Source: Epiperipatus broadwayi (taxonomy: Eukaryota > Animalia > Onychophora). From it: a stretch of DNA of 64,000 nt. The position numbers and the translations under genes were made by a program. The stretch lies in contig JAQFVV010000009.1 of assembly GCA_028023455.1 (NCBI GenBank), positions 15,066,001 through 15,130,000 on the forward strand. The letters are read 5' to 3'. Under the pieces are notes generated by a model. It saw nothing but the letters and a program-made list of their open reading frames with translations. It searched no databases and had not been told where the DNA came from. This document shows positions 38,790 through 53,255 of this stretch, piece after piece. How positions within the stretch are numbered: position 1 is the first letter of the stretch; each line of letters starts with the position of its first letter.

Positions 38790-41700
38790 AAATATTGTTT
38801 ATTCCAATATTTAAGATATTTTAGTTTAGTTTACACCATACACTTCTAATTAATATGTTTAAATTAAATTACTTTTCACTTATTTTTATTTAATGCATAA
38901 TAAAACAGGAATTAACTCAATAAAATATGTACTATATTAATTATTAATTTTATAAATAAATATTAGAGACAGTTTATGATAAATTCTTCATTCCCAAAAC
39001 ATAAAAATTTTATTTTATATTTCCATACTATATCCCATTTTAAGAGTTTAATTTATATATTTTATTTATTTAACATCTATGTATGTCTTTTTTTTTTTAA
39101 GTTAAATATTCACAATGAGATAAATAAATCTAAAGATATCAACAAAATGATAGTCTTTCTAGTGATTTTATTAAGCCCTCAAGTTCTCCAGTATATGCAT
39201 AAATTAGACAGACATTATTTATATATTTCACAGGATGCTCATAATTACATACACCTAAGAATTTTAAATTCAATTTCTAAAGCAGATAAGCAAGTGACTA
39301 TAAATGATTCTAAACCTGTTAATGAGACTGAAACAAAGTCTACTGATCAAAACTAACTGTCTTTTTTGATGGATCTGAAAAAATAAGTTTATTTTAAACC
39401 TCACAAGAAGCTCACTTTTAATACTACAGTCCAATTCTGTGGCTGTTTGAAAAATTTATTGGTTGGAATATTTATAATCAGAACCTTGAGGTTTGTCAAT
39501 AAAAGAATCAGAAACCACTGTGAGAGAATAGAACTGAATGTGTTAGTAATATTTAGAGCGAGCATGTTTTATCCAAATAGTGTCACCATATTTAGCAGCA
39601 GACTATGCTTATTTTTAAAATACTTGCATCACAATTTCTCTTTTAGTCCCATCTATTGTAAGCTTGAATAATCATTTACCAGATGATAATGCAATTTAAA
39701 TCCCACTACACACCAGGTTCTGGAATTTGTCTTTCTCAATGAGCACTACCATCTAAATAAATACTGATTACAATTGATAGTACTAGTGTAAAAAAAACCT
39801 CGTTTGCTGTAATAAAATGAAAGAATCAAATGGTATTGTGTTAGTAATAATCTTAAACACAGTCAGTGAACTTTTTGATGATATTTTTTTATAGAGTTAT
39901 TTTAGATCTAATTTTCTGAGATGAGAAAGATAAGTTAGGTGATTGTCCAGGATTATTCTTAAATAGTATGGTATAATATCATGTTCTCAATCTATTCTTG
40001 TAAAAAGTTACAATCAATTTGTGAAATGTTTTTCTGCTGTTTGGATGGAAAATTCATATCCTTAATAAAAGAATTGTTTAAAAAAAGTATTCTGTGAGGT
40101 AGAGTAATGTCATCAGCTTAGATAAATTTTGAAAATTTAGTTTGTGAAAAATTACTGAAGAATAGATTAAATAAAGTGAGAGAAATTCTTGATAAACTGC
40201 TCTATAAAATTTGTGTATGCTATACTTCTTATTTTAAGATATTCAGATTTTTCTGTTGGAAAGCATTTTGTCAAGTAAATTATTTTGAGTTTAAGGGCTT
40301 TAGAGAAAAAGAACATTTTTCAAAACAATATCATAAGCTGATTAGACCACAAAAATCTTTAGTTTATTTTGAATGTTTTTTTTTTTCCCCAGTATAACCT
40401 ATCAACTTATTTACAGCAGTTTTTCTTCTGCTTACATAATTCTCAATTATCAGTATAATTCCTACTAAGATTAATTTTTCAAATAATATATAAGAAACAA
40501 ATGGAAATAATATTGAGTGATAACTTTTTAGGTTGCTGTTAGATTTATTTGGTTTAAAAACTGCTTTCATCCTAATTTTTTTAAATAATGTTTATATAAA
40601 TAATGTTGGTAAATTTTGACCAAGCCATACTTGGGCTTTAGGTCCTAAATTTATTAAAAATTTCTGAAAATATGTTAAATATAGCTGAGAATTTCCTAGC
40701 TTAAGATAGATTTATGACACATTACTATTTATTGCTTTTATTAAAGTTAAATTAAAGGAGTATTGTAATAGAGAAGCTTGTAGTTCTATGCTAAAGATCC
40801 TTTTTTTGTTTCTCAGAAGTTTTATGCATAAGATCAGCAATAATATCACTGATAGTGATATTGCTAGTTCTTCTAAAAGTACTTTTATATCCATAAGATT
40901 TTTCAAATGGATCTTGAAAAATTTTGTTTTTCATGGTCTCTCTCCATCTTTTATTTCTAGTATGATTGTGACTTCATTTTTAATTTCTTGTGATCAAGAA
41001 ATTTTAGAAATTTATCACAATTTACGTATTTTTAGATCACAAATATTAATCATAAAGAACTGGTTTTATTAAAACCTAGAAAAAATTGCTTCTGTATCTC
41101 TATGAGAATAACCCTTTAGTAGCTACTATTAAAGATTTGCTAATCTTATCATAGCAAAAAAGATGGTTGAGATTCTATTATTATTTCTTTCAAAATAACC
41201 AGTATAATTTATATCTTAATCATTTTAATCTGCAACTAAGTAACTTTTAATTATAGAAATGTGGAATTCCAAGAGAGCTAATATTTCATTTATGTTATCT
41301 ATAAAAAAAACATGATCCAAAATTGATGGATCATCACTCATCAATAGTGAACCATTTTTCATAGATATAAAATATAAAAATCAGGGTTTAATTTCAGTGC
41401 TCCCATCTGCATGAATGGAAAGTTATTCTTTGCTTAGCATCATAAAATACATGCATGCTGTTTAAAACGATTCTAAAAGTTAATTGTGTTTTATCCTCAA
41501 TTACAATGGTAAATAAATGGCAAATCAAGGGGGAAAAAGAGTAGAGCCAAATGGTTTTGAGAGGTTTGTAAACATTATATACATAAAGATTATTTATTTG
41601 CATAAAAGTTACTTTATCATTTGAATTATTTTCAATAAAGATTGCTTACTTTTCTAGATAATTTGAAGCAAAGATAGATAAATCATATTTATTATGCATT

Positions 41701-43687
41701 CAAGCAAAAAAAAACTGAAGTCAAACATTTTGGAAAAATACACATTTTAGAGGAATAAAGAGTCTCTTGAAATTCAATTACATCACTTTTTTTTAGAAAT
41801 TAATTCATCTAGAAATTATCCAATAATGAATAATATTTCTGTAATTTAATTTTTATTACAACGCTCTCACACAAGGTAGGGACTGGTTTCTATCTGTTTT
41901 TAATACCTTGCCTGAGAATGATGTAGCAAAAATTAAACTACAGGAATATTATTCATTAACTTCATTGAATGATTGAAGTAATATTATAGACTCTTAGTTA
42001 AAAATAAAATAATGATGTATAGAATACACCTGGCATTTAAAGTATACTATTGTCCTAGCATCAAGCAATTATTTTTTTATTTTGAGAACATAGAACTCTC
42101 AATTTTTGTAGCTCTGATATAAAAAAGATAAGCAGACTGCTAAAGCAATATTTTATAATAATTAATAAAGACTTTAATATCCTCTAAAAATGATTGTAAT
42201 AATTCATCTGAAAAAGTATGTATCATTTAGCAATAATTTTATTGTGGGTGTTTGTTAAACTCATGTCTTAGCATGTAGAATACAGATAGAACATGAATGA
42301 AAATTACACAAAATAATTACTAATAATGAACACCGCTAATGTTTTAAATTTTTTTATATAGAATTATTCTTTATTTAAAGTTGTGTATTTAAGTTGTTCT
42401 GTGTCTTTTCTAATTTATTTTAGTATTGCTTACATTCTAATTTAATGTAATATGATAAACTAGTGGGATAAAAACGAGTTTAAAAAATGAGTGTGGAGTT
42501 ATTTTCCAGTACTGAGTGGTCAAGTAAGTTGTTTAATTTTTTAAAACTGGAAAGATTAGTGAAGAAAGTTCAGAAAAATAATGAAAAGACAAAAGTCAGT
42601 AATTTAAAAATGATGAGCGAGATTGAAGAGAAAAAAAAAAAAGAATTATTAATTACTTAAAAAACTCTTGTTTGGGATAGCATTAAAAAGGTGAATAACT
42701 GATTGGGATGTTTTAATCTAGATTTAAGAACAATACTCAAAATTTGATCAACTTTGTACTTTATATAAGAATATGTGAAAGAAGAAAAAATTATTTTTTG
42801 CAATAAAAGAGATGTATAAACATCTAATGAAAGATCTCTGATAATGGTTAAGCATTTTTTTAAAAAAGCACATAAACAGAGAAGAGATAGAAAAAAGAAA
42901 ATAATAATAATTGATTTTAAAAACAAGTTTAGGAGATAACTGAAATATCAAGTTAGTCAAATATTAAAATGTAAAAAAAATTTAAGATAATAATATATAG
43001 AATGATCTACTTTTGACTTTAAAATATATTCCATAAATCTTCTAAGAAAAGTTTTTTTACTATAATGGGAGGAGGGGAGTTTCTAGTGTAAATATTTCCA
43101 TTCTTGTTTAAAGATTGCTATGTTTGGGGTGAAGCAGATGTGCTTTTCAAATATCTACCATATTATTCAAACTCATCTCAAAATGATCTACAATTAAATC
43201 ATAGCATTATGAATACTATGTCAAACACATTTTTCTCAAAATATTTCTCATAACTTTTCTTTATAGCAAGTTAATAATTTATTGCAGATATAAGCATTCA
43301 GCCAGAGCATCAAGATTACATTATTGTCAGTGTGTGATTATATAGAGATATCCAGTAACTTGTGCAATAGAATATATAATATCTAGCTGACCTTAAGATA
43401 AATTATATGTCAATAATGAATGAAATATATATTCTAATAATATAGTAAGTAAATAACATTAGTAAAATTTACACTGAATTCCACAGTTGTTCTTCATGAG
43501 GATCTGGCAACTCTATTCGAAGACAGTATAAAATCTGAATATAAATATATATTAAATAAAGGCATATATAATTACATTTGCTACATAGTATAGTAATGAA
43601 ATAAAGGTTTATTAAATCCGCTTTAAAGGTAAGAATACGATTTGGAATAATAAAGCAAATATATATGTTACGGTTAAAATAATAAAT

Positions 43688-43870
43688 CTGGTATTATTAA
43701 TAACTACTGGTTATTATTAATAATTATCGGTTGTTTTGATCAAAATGATATAAAAAAAAAAGTAAAATCACGTTATCCGGTAATTATTAATAATTACCAG
43801 GGTCTTTTGGTGAAAGTGATAAATAATACATATAAAGCACATTGACCAGGGAATTATTAATAATTATCAG
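43688..43870. repeat. Minisatellite (~70-bp period) built on a palindrome
   Basis: Variants of (c)tggtaattattaataattaccag occur at ~43688, 43707, 43777 and 43847. Confidence 0.8.
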
Positions 43871-45220
43871 TAGGAGTCTGATAAATGTAAAAAAATATAA
43901 TGTATAATATTATTTGTTATTTATTAATTTTAATATTTGTGCTTTTTATTTATTTATTGTTGCATTATCAAATTATTATAAAATTATACAAATAAGGAAT
44001 ATGAAACAAATAGGGAAACTTTAATTAGATAAAAGTTTTACATTTTTATAAAGATTTAAATAACTATAACATTTTCTATGGTTTTTATACTTTGCCTTAA
44101 GCTCTTTCATTATCCTATGTTGTCAGGCATGAGCAATTGCAATATGAATGTCATGAATTAAGTGAAAATTCTCTTCCAAAAAAGTGTAAAATATATAATT
44201 GATTCATTTTTATTTTTAATGGGTATGATGAATTTTTGCAACCACTTTCAATTTTTAAAACTTCTCTTTATTTTTTTAAAGCAAAAATGAATAATACTCT
44301 TCTATTGTAAATAACTGATGGTTTTTGGTTTCTTTTTCAATTTCAAATTATTCACTTGATCATTAAATTAAATTAAATTAAATTAAATTGTTTCTTCATT
44401 ATGTCTAAACTCTCCATTATGCTTATAGATAACGTAAAATTAATGATAACATAAAAACAATCTACCAGCCACATTAGCAATAGACATAGATAAAAAAAAA
44501 CAATCACTTCCAATATTGTAGTCAGTTCTAAGTGAATGGTTAGCCAAAACACAACAATATGATTCCGCTTTTTTCCTCTGGAATATGAAGAAGCTTCCTA
44601 TCTAATGCATTGAAATGTTTTATATTTACTGTTGACAGTCACAACTTAATACTATAGAAATGTATTAAATATAGCACTGACAGTCACAAATCTAACGTTA
44701 TCGAAATTTACTACATTAACCGTTGACAGTTGAGATTTATAAATAACTAGCGGTTTATGTGATAAATTTCTTAAAATTAAAACTAGTAATTATTAATACC
44801 AACTGATTCATCACTGCAAAAAATACATCAATTAAAGTAAATGTTTGAAAAACAAACTTATTCAGCATATTCTATGAATAAAATAAAATCAAAAAAATCT
44901 GAAGTGACTTTTATTGCAGGATACAAATATAAGATATTGATGCAGATGGTTATCTAAAATAATGAAAATTTTCATATTTGAAATGAAGAATGAAAATAAC
45001 AGACTAAAACAGGTGGTGATCAAGTGATATAGTGGGATAGTATGAAACAGATCAACTTAAAATATATTTTTGTATCATAATAATGTTATGAAAATTGTAA
45101 ACATAAACAGTGAAAGAGTCTTGGATCAGTGGTGATAGTATAAATAATGGGCTTAAAAATCAATAACAACCATGTATTTAAATAATAGACCTTTTATGAG
45201 TATCATATACATATATAAGA

Positions 45221-45270
45221 ATATATATATATATATATATATATATTAATTATATATATATATATATATA
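45221..45270. repeat. Interrupted (TA)n microsatellite abutting the PLE end
   Basis: TA runs immediately left of the inverted PLE arm. Confidence 0.9.
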
Positions 45271-47670
45271 AATTAAGTAAACAAATTATACTTTCAATAC
45301 ATGTGCATCATAATCATAGTTATTCTGTTAAGAATCTATGAGACCTATTTTTTGATAATTTAAATACTATTAGCTCTTTGGTTCATTATATAATCATTTT
45401 GTGTGATAAACCATGCCTCTTGATCTTGTGTTTTCTATCATTCTTTCTTCACACATTATCTTAACAATGGTAGGTCAAAACTGTGTCCATATTCCCTTTC
45501 ATGATTGTAAAATATGGATATATTTGCTGAATTGGTCTTGGCTTTTGTCTCAATCTTGTTCTCAGGTTTGCTCTTGTTTAATCTAAGTAGATGTAAGAAC
45601 AGTCTGTTTGGCTGCATCCCACTGCATACATAACAGTAGATTGACCCAATTTCTACATTTTATCCTTTGTATTATTAATTACTCTATTTGATGAGCTTTC
45701 TAAATCCAACATTGAATTTATCAGTACAGATCTTTACAATTTTGTTATTGATGTGCCATACATATAGTAGCACTATGTATTTTTTGTTGTACCTTGTATT
45801 CTCAATCTTGTTTGTAGTGTTTCTTTTAAATTGTTCTACATATTTGTATACATCACTTGCACTACAACCTGATTTTATTATATTAACAATGTAAGTCTCT
45901 TAAGTTCTCAATCTTATCTGACTTGAATTGACATATGTGATCATTGAGACAGAAGAAAGTTTTTAATCCTGTGAATTTATACAATGAAGATACCTGGGAT
46001 TTCTTGTTGATGCATTCTCTAATGTTGAGGGATTTTATAGTCATTTTATAATACAGTGAGTTCAAAAAAGTGATTGATAAAAAATAAAATTATTAGTATG
46101 AAAAAAAATAAAGGACACCACATTTCATTTTATTAAATAGTGACACATATGAACAAAAAATGCTTATGCAAATTACTACATTATAACATCAAACCCAAAA
46201 AAGAAAAATTCCCAATGTTTATACTTAGAAAATATTTGCATAAATTATATAACTAAAAGTGATGTTTACATATGTATCCATCAAATGCTATTCTACCTAG
46301 ATTATTCTCTAACATTAAAATGCATAAAAAGCACTATGCTCTAGATTAATGATTGACTTTGGCAGTGCATTACAAAACATCTAAATACATGGTGCAGATG
46401 TTAAAAGATAAACTGGGTTTTGGGCAATCTACAAATAAATCATTGTTTGAATTTATAAACATTAAAATTGCTGTTATCTCCGATGAACATAGAATGGCTG
46501 TCACTGAATTGTATGGATCAGTAAATAGAAAAGAATCAATTGAAAGTATTAATGATTTATTGACTAATATCAATGATTTTCTAACCTGGCTCAATAACAA
46601 TATAGTGGTGACATACATAGGCAATATATATAAAATGGCAGAATCTTGATCAATGAGTTTATTTCTCTGCACAGTCACATGTAGCATGACTTTAACTTTC
46701 AAAGAAGCTAATATAATCCTCCCAATATTAAATACATATAAAAGCTACACATATATACACTATTTAGATGGTATTTTTATATTGTGCACCACAGGATATT
46801 ATCAACCACATGTTTAATGAATTGAGCACACAATCAAATTTAAAATGGACTATAGAACCAGAAAAAGATAATGAAATTCACTACTTTGATTTGAAAATAA
46901 GGCAGAACAACAAATCACTATATTATAAAATGACCATCAAATCCCCCAATGCAAAATCCCAGATACCTTTATTGCATAAATTCTCAGGATTAAAAAACTA
47001 CTTACATCAATTCCAGTCACACAACATTGAACACCTAGAGACATATTGCTGGGATGATAAAATCAGGTTATAGTGCAAAATAATTAGAACAATTAAAAAA
47101 AAATACTGCAATCAGGATTGAGAATACAAAAAACAACAAAAAGTGCATAGTGCTACCATATGTACCACGCATTGGAAACAAAATTGTAAAAATCTATGTT
47201 GATAAATTCAAGACTGAATTTAAAATGCCCATTAATTTAAAAAGATGGATTAATAATAAGAATAAAATATAAAAATTGTTTTGACCTAATGCATGCAGAG
47301 GGATGTAGCCAAATAGATTGTACTTACATTTACTATGGTGAAAAAAAAAAGCAAACCTGACAACAAGATTGATATAACATATCTTAATATATAAAAAGCC
47401 TAGACAATTCAACAAATATATTTATATTTTACAATCATGAAAAGAAATATGGACACAGTTTTGTTCCTAGTATCATTAAGACAATGTGTGAAGAAAGAAA
47501 CAATAGAAAATGTAGGATCAAAGAGGTGCAGTTTATCACACAAAATGAATATATTATGAACCAAAAAGAGAATAGTATTCAAATTAATAAGAAATTGGTC
47601 TCAAAGATTTTTAACAGAACAACAATGATTATGTCACACACACGTAACAAGTAAATTTGGCTTACTTAAT
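45270..47670 (+). mobile_element. Decayed Penelope-like element (RT + GIY-YIG remnants) with ~790-bp inverted copy
   Basis: The plus copy has TELYGSVNRKESIESI and LKWTIEPEKDNEIHYFDLKI (PLE RT) and VLPYVPRIGNKIVKI. The inverted arm has TRANLRTRLRQ (GIY-YIG). 45270-46060 is the reverse complement of ~46900-47670. Confidence 0.85.
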
Positions 47671-47999
47671 TTAATATATTTTTATTCTCTATTATAATAC
47701 TTTTATATTATGAATAATAGCAGAATATTAAGATATATATGCAAATATATTTTTTGTCTTTGTAAATATCTAAACATAAAATGTATACTACTAAAAAATT
47801 ACTGCAAATAAAATTATAAGAAGTTCCATTAAATTTTAATGATTTCTAGACTTTACACTTTTATCAAAAATTTATTTAAAAAACATTTAAAAATTAATCA
47901 CAAATATAGATACAAGGTCTAACAAGTTTGTGAAATTGACATCATGCATTTACATTGGCAGCACTATATAAACAAATTGTTAAGGTTTCTTAAATCTTG

Positions 48000-48740
48000 A
48001 TATATCAATGTTTTATAGTTGTGTTTGTGTTGATGTGTGATGGTGTTTTCTGTGTCACTTTCACTATGGTTGTTGCTTGTTTTGTCTACCAATACAAGAA
48101 TGCTGGAGCTTGAATTAGAGCAATGAAGAAAACATTTTTTTTATTATAGAGACATATTAGTCCAAGTTTATGGGGATAATGCCATAAAGAAAGCAGCAGG
48201 ATATAAATGGATTAAATATTTTTTCTGAGGGGAGAGAAAGTATCATAGAGGAAGAGAAATCAAGACAACTACTAATGAACAGAAATGGTGAAAATATAGC
48301 AAATATTTATCAAATAGTGTTTCAAAATTATTAGCTGTAAGAAGCATAACAAACTAAATAAACAACAACAGAAAAACAGGAAAATCTTAATTGAAAATCC
48401 TATTGTGAGAAAGGTGTGTGCAAAAATGCACCAGCTCACATGACACTGTTCATGAGAGAGTTCTTAAACAAAAAATAAATAAATGTATTGGAAAACTCCT
48501 TACTCATTTGATCTAGCCCCCAATGACTTATTTCTTTAATCAAAGATACAAGAAATATTAAAAGAAAGATATTTTGATGACATTCAGGACATCAGGCATA
48601 ATACAATGACAACACTGATGGCCATTCCATTCCAGAGAAAATTTTGGCATTACTTTGAAGGATGGACTAAGTACTGACATCAATGCATAATTTCCTAAGA
48701 GAAATACTTTGAAAGCCAATGCAATAAATAAATTAATGTT
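48000..48740 (+). mobile_element. Internally deleted, decayed mariner transposase
   Basis: N-terminal VQVYGDNAIKKAAGYKWIKYFSEGRESIIEEEKS and C-terminal NAPAHMTLFMREFL...PYSFDLAPNDLF...FDDIQDI...KYFE match mariner HTH and YSPDLAP motifs. TIRs not recognised. Confidence 0.88.
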
Positions 48741-50717
48741 CAAATTAAAATTTAACCCCCCCCCACACACACAATTAAAACTAATTGATATGAGTGACAT
48801 ATTTCTAATATAATTTCCTTGAAACTCTGTGGTTTTCATTTTTGCTAGAAAATAATAATTAATTTTTTTAATGCTTAATGGAAGATGATTTAGAATAACT
48901 TTTATTGAACATTACTGAAAATATTCTAAAAAATGAAATCACTAAATAAGATTATATACATGTTAGAAGAAAATGATGGGATAAAAAAATAATCTGTAAA
49001 TGTTTATTTTTATAAAAACCTTTTCTATAATGATTAAAAATAAATGTTTGATATACAAAATACATTGTAAATATATAATCAATAAATATTGAAATTAAAA
49101 GTTTCAAAACTGTTATTCTTGATCCATAGAATACACATATACCATTTTTTAGTATTCAAAGTCTTCTTTCTTTGGCTTCAATACCAGAATTTTAGAAATA
49201 TATGTTATAGAAATAAATATCCATCACTTTTTGAATTGTTATTTTTGATATCTATCATTGACAAATCATAGTTTCTGTATAATATTTATTTTTATATAAA
49301 TTTGAATTGATTACTTTTATTTTATTAAGATAATAATAACAATCATATCTTCTTTCCTTTAATTCTCATAATTCACAGTTAAGATTTTGTTACAAGTTTA
49401 GAAAAAGAAGTTTGTTTTCTCTTAAAAGTTTTAACATTTTCAGAGATAACTGAAGAGGTAATTTGGCATAAGCAAATAAATGTCATGTTTTTAAAAATAA
49501 TAAATTAATAATTAAATAAAACAATTTATTAAAAAAACTTAAAGATTACACATAAATTAATATTCTGATTTTTTAAGAACATGTAATTATTATATATACC
49601 TATATAATGTATTTTTATAATATATTTACATTCTGCCCACAATAAGGGTGAAATGTTTTAAATTATAATATCTGAGTTGCATTTAAAGTAACAGTTATTT
49701 CAAAAAATAATTGTTAAAATGATTATTTTTTTAAAGATTTAATGTAAATTAAATAAAAGACTTTAATATTATATAAATGAATGCGAGAAATGGAGCCAGC
49801 CTGAAAGGCCATTATTTTGTAATAATTTTTTTAATTGGTTGTTTTAACAAATTTTTTTTAAAAGATTTAATGTAAATTAAACAAAAAAATTTAATATTAT
49901 ATAAATAAATGTAAGATATTCACAATTGAAAAAAAAAGTTTGGAACAACCCAGTCTATTTGGTACATCAAAGTATTAATAAAGCTAAATTAAAAATTTTA
50001 AACATACCTATTATATTTGACAGTGTTATGGACAACAGACAAAGTATGGATTTCATATAAGAAGAAAATTATTTACTGGAGAATCTCTGAATAAAAAAAA
50101 TTAAGAGAGTGCTCCAGAAAAGCTTTACAGACAATCATATATTCAGACAACAGACAAATACGAGATTTTATATATAAGGATTTAATAAAGTAAGAGGAGA
50201 AAAATGCTATTTAGTAAAAGTTTTTTTTATATTAGTATTATATAAAAATGCTGTACTATATAAAAATAAATATAATACATAGAACAGATTGTAAAAATAC
50301 ATTCAGTATTGCAAGTATTCAAATTAATTGTCAATCTATAATATTTGTTTAAGTTTTCAATAGTATATGAGTGGTTTATGATGAATGAGATAAAAGATAT
50401 ATTACTAAATTATTATTATGCTTTAGTAAAATAATCAATCTGGGAAAATTAGAAAACTAAGGCTGTTGGAGTTGCTTCTGTATCATCATCTATTACAAAC
50501 AGCAATATAAATAGATTTCCATGAATCTTCACTGTCATTTAATAACTGATAGTTTATTTTATGATTACATAGTTAGCTAATGTTAAGATAGATTATCATA
50601 GATTAGTATATATTTTAATCTATTTTAAAGTTATAAAAGCATAAATAATCTGCAAATGTCAGATAATAAAACTATCTGGTTAATGGATTCACCCAACAGA
50701 CATTTTAATTTTTTTAA

Positions 50718-53255
50718 GACTCATCATCATTATCAACCATTATCAATCCACTGTAGGATGAAGGTCTCTCCACGTTCAATCCGTTTTCTCCACTCTCTAG
50801 CCTTTCTTCTCCACATCATCCCTGCACATTTTCTTATTTCATCCATCCATCTCACATGTGATCTCTTTTTGGGTCTTTTATAATGGATTGGGATCCAGTT
50901 TAAGATTTCAATTATCCATCTATTATCATCTCTTCTAGAAATATGTCCAGTTCAACTCCACTTCAGTCTTTTAATTCTTTCAACAATATCAGTAATACCT
51001 GTTTGATCTTTTACCCATATATTGCTTTCAATCTCTTCTTGTTATTCTAATATGCACCTCTCCATACTTCTTTGAGTGGTCTGAAGTCTCTGTATTGCTC
51101 TTCTATTAAGTGTCCAAGTCTCAGATCCATAAGTAAGAACTGGTAAAACACATTTGTTAAAAACCTTCCTTTTCAAACACATAGGCATATTTCCTTTTAG
51201 TATCAAGTTATTTCTACCAAAAGAACTCCACCCAAGTTTAATTCTATGATTAATTTCATCCATTATGTTTCCATCTGTAGTAATAATCTGACCAAGGTAT
51301 TTGTAGTTGTTAACTTCTTCTAACTCATCATAATCAATCTTTATTTTCATCTTTTGAGAAAATCCATTGAACATTACTTTAGTCTTTTTAACATTTATCT
51401 TTAGTCCTACATTCCTATTTTTATCTGATAACTCCTGCAACATTTATTGAAAGTCTAAAGCATTATTTGCAAAAACAACTACATCATCTGCAAAATCTAA
51501 ATGACTTAAATAATCTCCATTTACTTTTACTCCTTTAGCTTCCCATTTTAATCCACAAAATACTTCTTGCAGCACTGCTGTAAAAAGTTTTGGAGATATG
51601 GAGTCACCCTGTCTTACACCCTTCTCAATGTTGACTTTCCTAGTATCATTATGTAATCTAATTGTTGCTGTTGCATTTTTATAAATATTCTTCAGAATAT
51701 GACAATATCCTGGGTCTATATCTTGATGATCCAATGCTTTAATCACTGAAGAAATGCTTATAGAATCAAATGCCTTTTCATAATCTACAAATCCAAAGCA
51801 TAATGGCAACTCATATTCATTGGTTCTTTCTATAACTTTTAAATCTACTGTACTAAAACCACTTTTAAATCCAGCTTGTTCTTTTGGTTGGTTGAAATCC
51901 AATGTTCTCTGTAGATGAGTTGTAATTATCTTGGTAAAAATTTTGTATAAAACTGATAAAAGACTGATAGGTCTGTAATTTTTAATATCTTCTTTATCAT
52001 CTTTTTTTAAATATTAATATTAATACTGCATTCTTCCAATCATCTGGTACATCTTTATCATTTAGACATTTGGTATATAACTTTGCCAAAAAAATTCTAT
52101 TTCTTCACCTGCTTCTTTTAATATATCGATTATAATTCCATCATTACCTGGAGCTTTTCCCTTCTTCATAAATTTAATTGCATGTCTCACTTCTTCATTT
52201 AAAATTCTGGGCAATTCAGAAAATATAATAGATGTAGGAAGTACTTGTTCTTTATTACTATATAATTCTTGATAGAACTCTTCTACTCATTTCATGATGT
52301 CATCTCTCTTTTTAGTAATAGTTCCATCTTTTTTTCTTATTGCAGATATAAGTTTCCTACCAATACCAAAATGTTGTTTTACACTCTTGAGACTTTTATT
52401 CTCTTCTACAGCTTTCCTTGCTAGTTCACAATTATACTTTCTTATATCATTATCAACTCTTTTTCACATCATTTTACAAAATTTGAGATATTCAATCCTT
52501 CTTAATGCATCATTTTTATATATCTTCATATTCCTTCTTTTCTTCATAAATTCTCTAGTCTCAGTAGAAATTTTATTGGTCAATTGCTGCTTTTTTCTAC
52601 CAGCTATCTTTGTTGCAATTTTTAAAAGTGTATCAGTTATTTTCCTATTAATTTTAATCAAATCTGAATCATGTTCAAAATCTACTAATACTTGAAAATG
52701 ATTTGCAAGTTCTAATTTAAATTCATTAGAATGTTTCTGAAGATTAGGAATATCAACTGTAAATATTGTTTTTCTTAATAATATTTTGTCTCTCTAGTTT
52801 TGCATTAACATGTATCTTACATCTTACTAATCGATGATCACTTCCTGTGTTGAATTTATTAAGGACATTACAATCTTGAAATATATATTTTCTGTTAGTC
52901 AAAATATAATCCAATTCTGCTGTACCTTCATTTGGATGCTTCCATGTCCATTTCCTTTTAACATTTTTCTCAAATATCATATATATAATGTTTTTCTTTT
53001 TCTGCAAACTCCACAAATCTGTGTCCTCTCCCATTTCTATTACCACAACCAAATTTACCTATAGCCCTTTCATCTTTTATTTGTTTATCAATTCTAGCAT
53101 TAAAGTTTCTCATAACAATTTTCAAATGTTGTTTACTTGAATCAAAAGCCTTTTGTACATTCATATAAAAATCTACTATTTCATAACTATAAGAACTTGT
53201 TGGGGCATAAATCTAAATTATCTGCATTTTGGTATCTACTACTAAGTTAAAATTT
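50718..53255 (-). mobile_element. Near full-length decayed RTE-clade LINE (APE endonuclease + RT)
   Basis: APE motifs IYAPTS, WTWKHPNEGTAELDYIL and GSDHRLV. RT motifs QAGFKSGFST, FVDYEKAFDS, GVRQGDSISPKLF, LDFADD and YKYLGQ, followed by VLPVLTYGSETW. 3' (TGA)n tail at ~50720. Confidence 0.95.

Noticed and set aside
38379-39356. Plus-strand terminal-exon-like frames (KSNVASVDHGYNHFELHGDR*; ORF 38976-39356)
   Set aside because: No recognisable domain or upstream exons; a nested antisense gene cannot be supported.
43470-43531. Possible minus-strand TES cassette exon (ILYCLRIELPDPHEEQLWNS)
   Set aside because: Weak in-frame donor and no LIM or PET similarity.
43707-43870. CRISPR-like repeat-spacer pattern
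   Set aside because: Eukaryotic context, spacers similar to each other, no cas genes.
44990-45050. Tc1-like KxGGxxVxxWxxM trace
   Set aside because: A single short degenerate motif.
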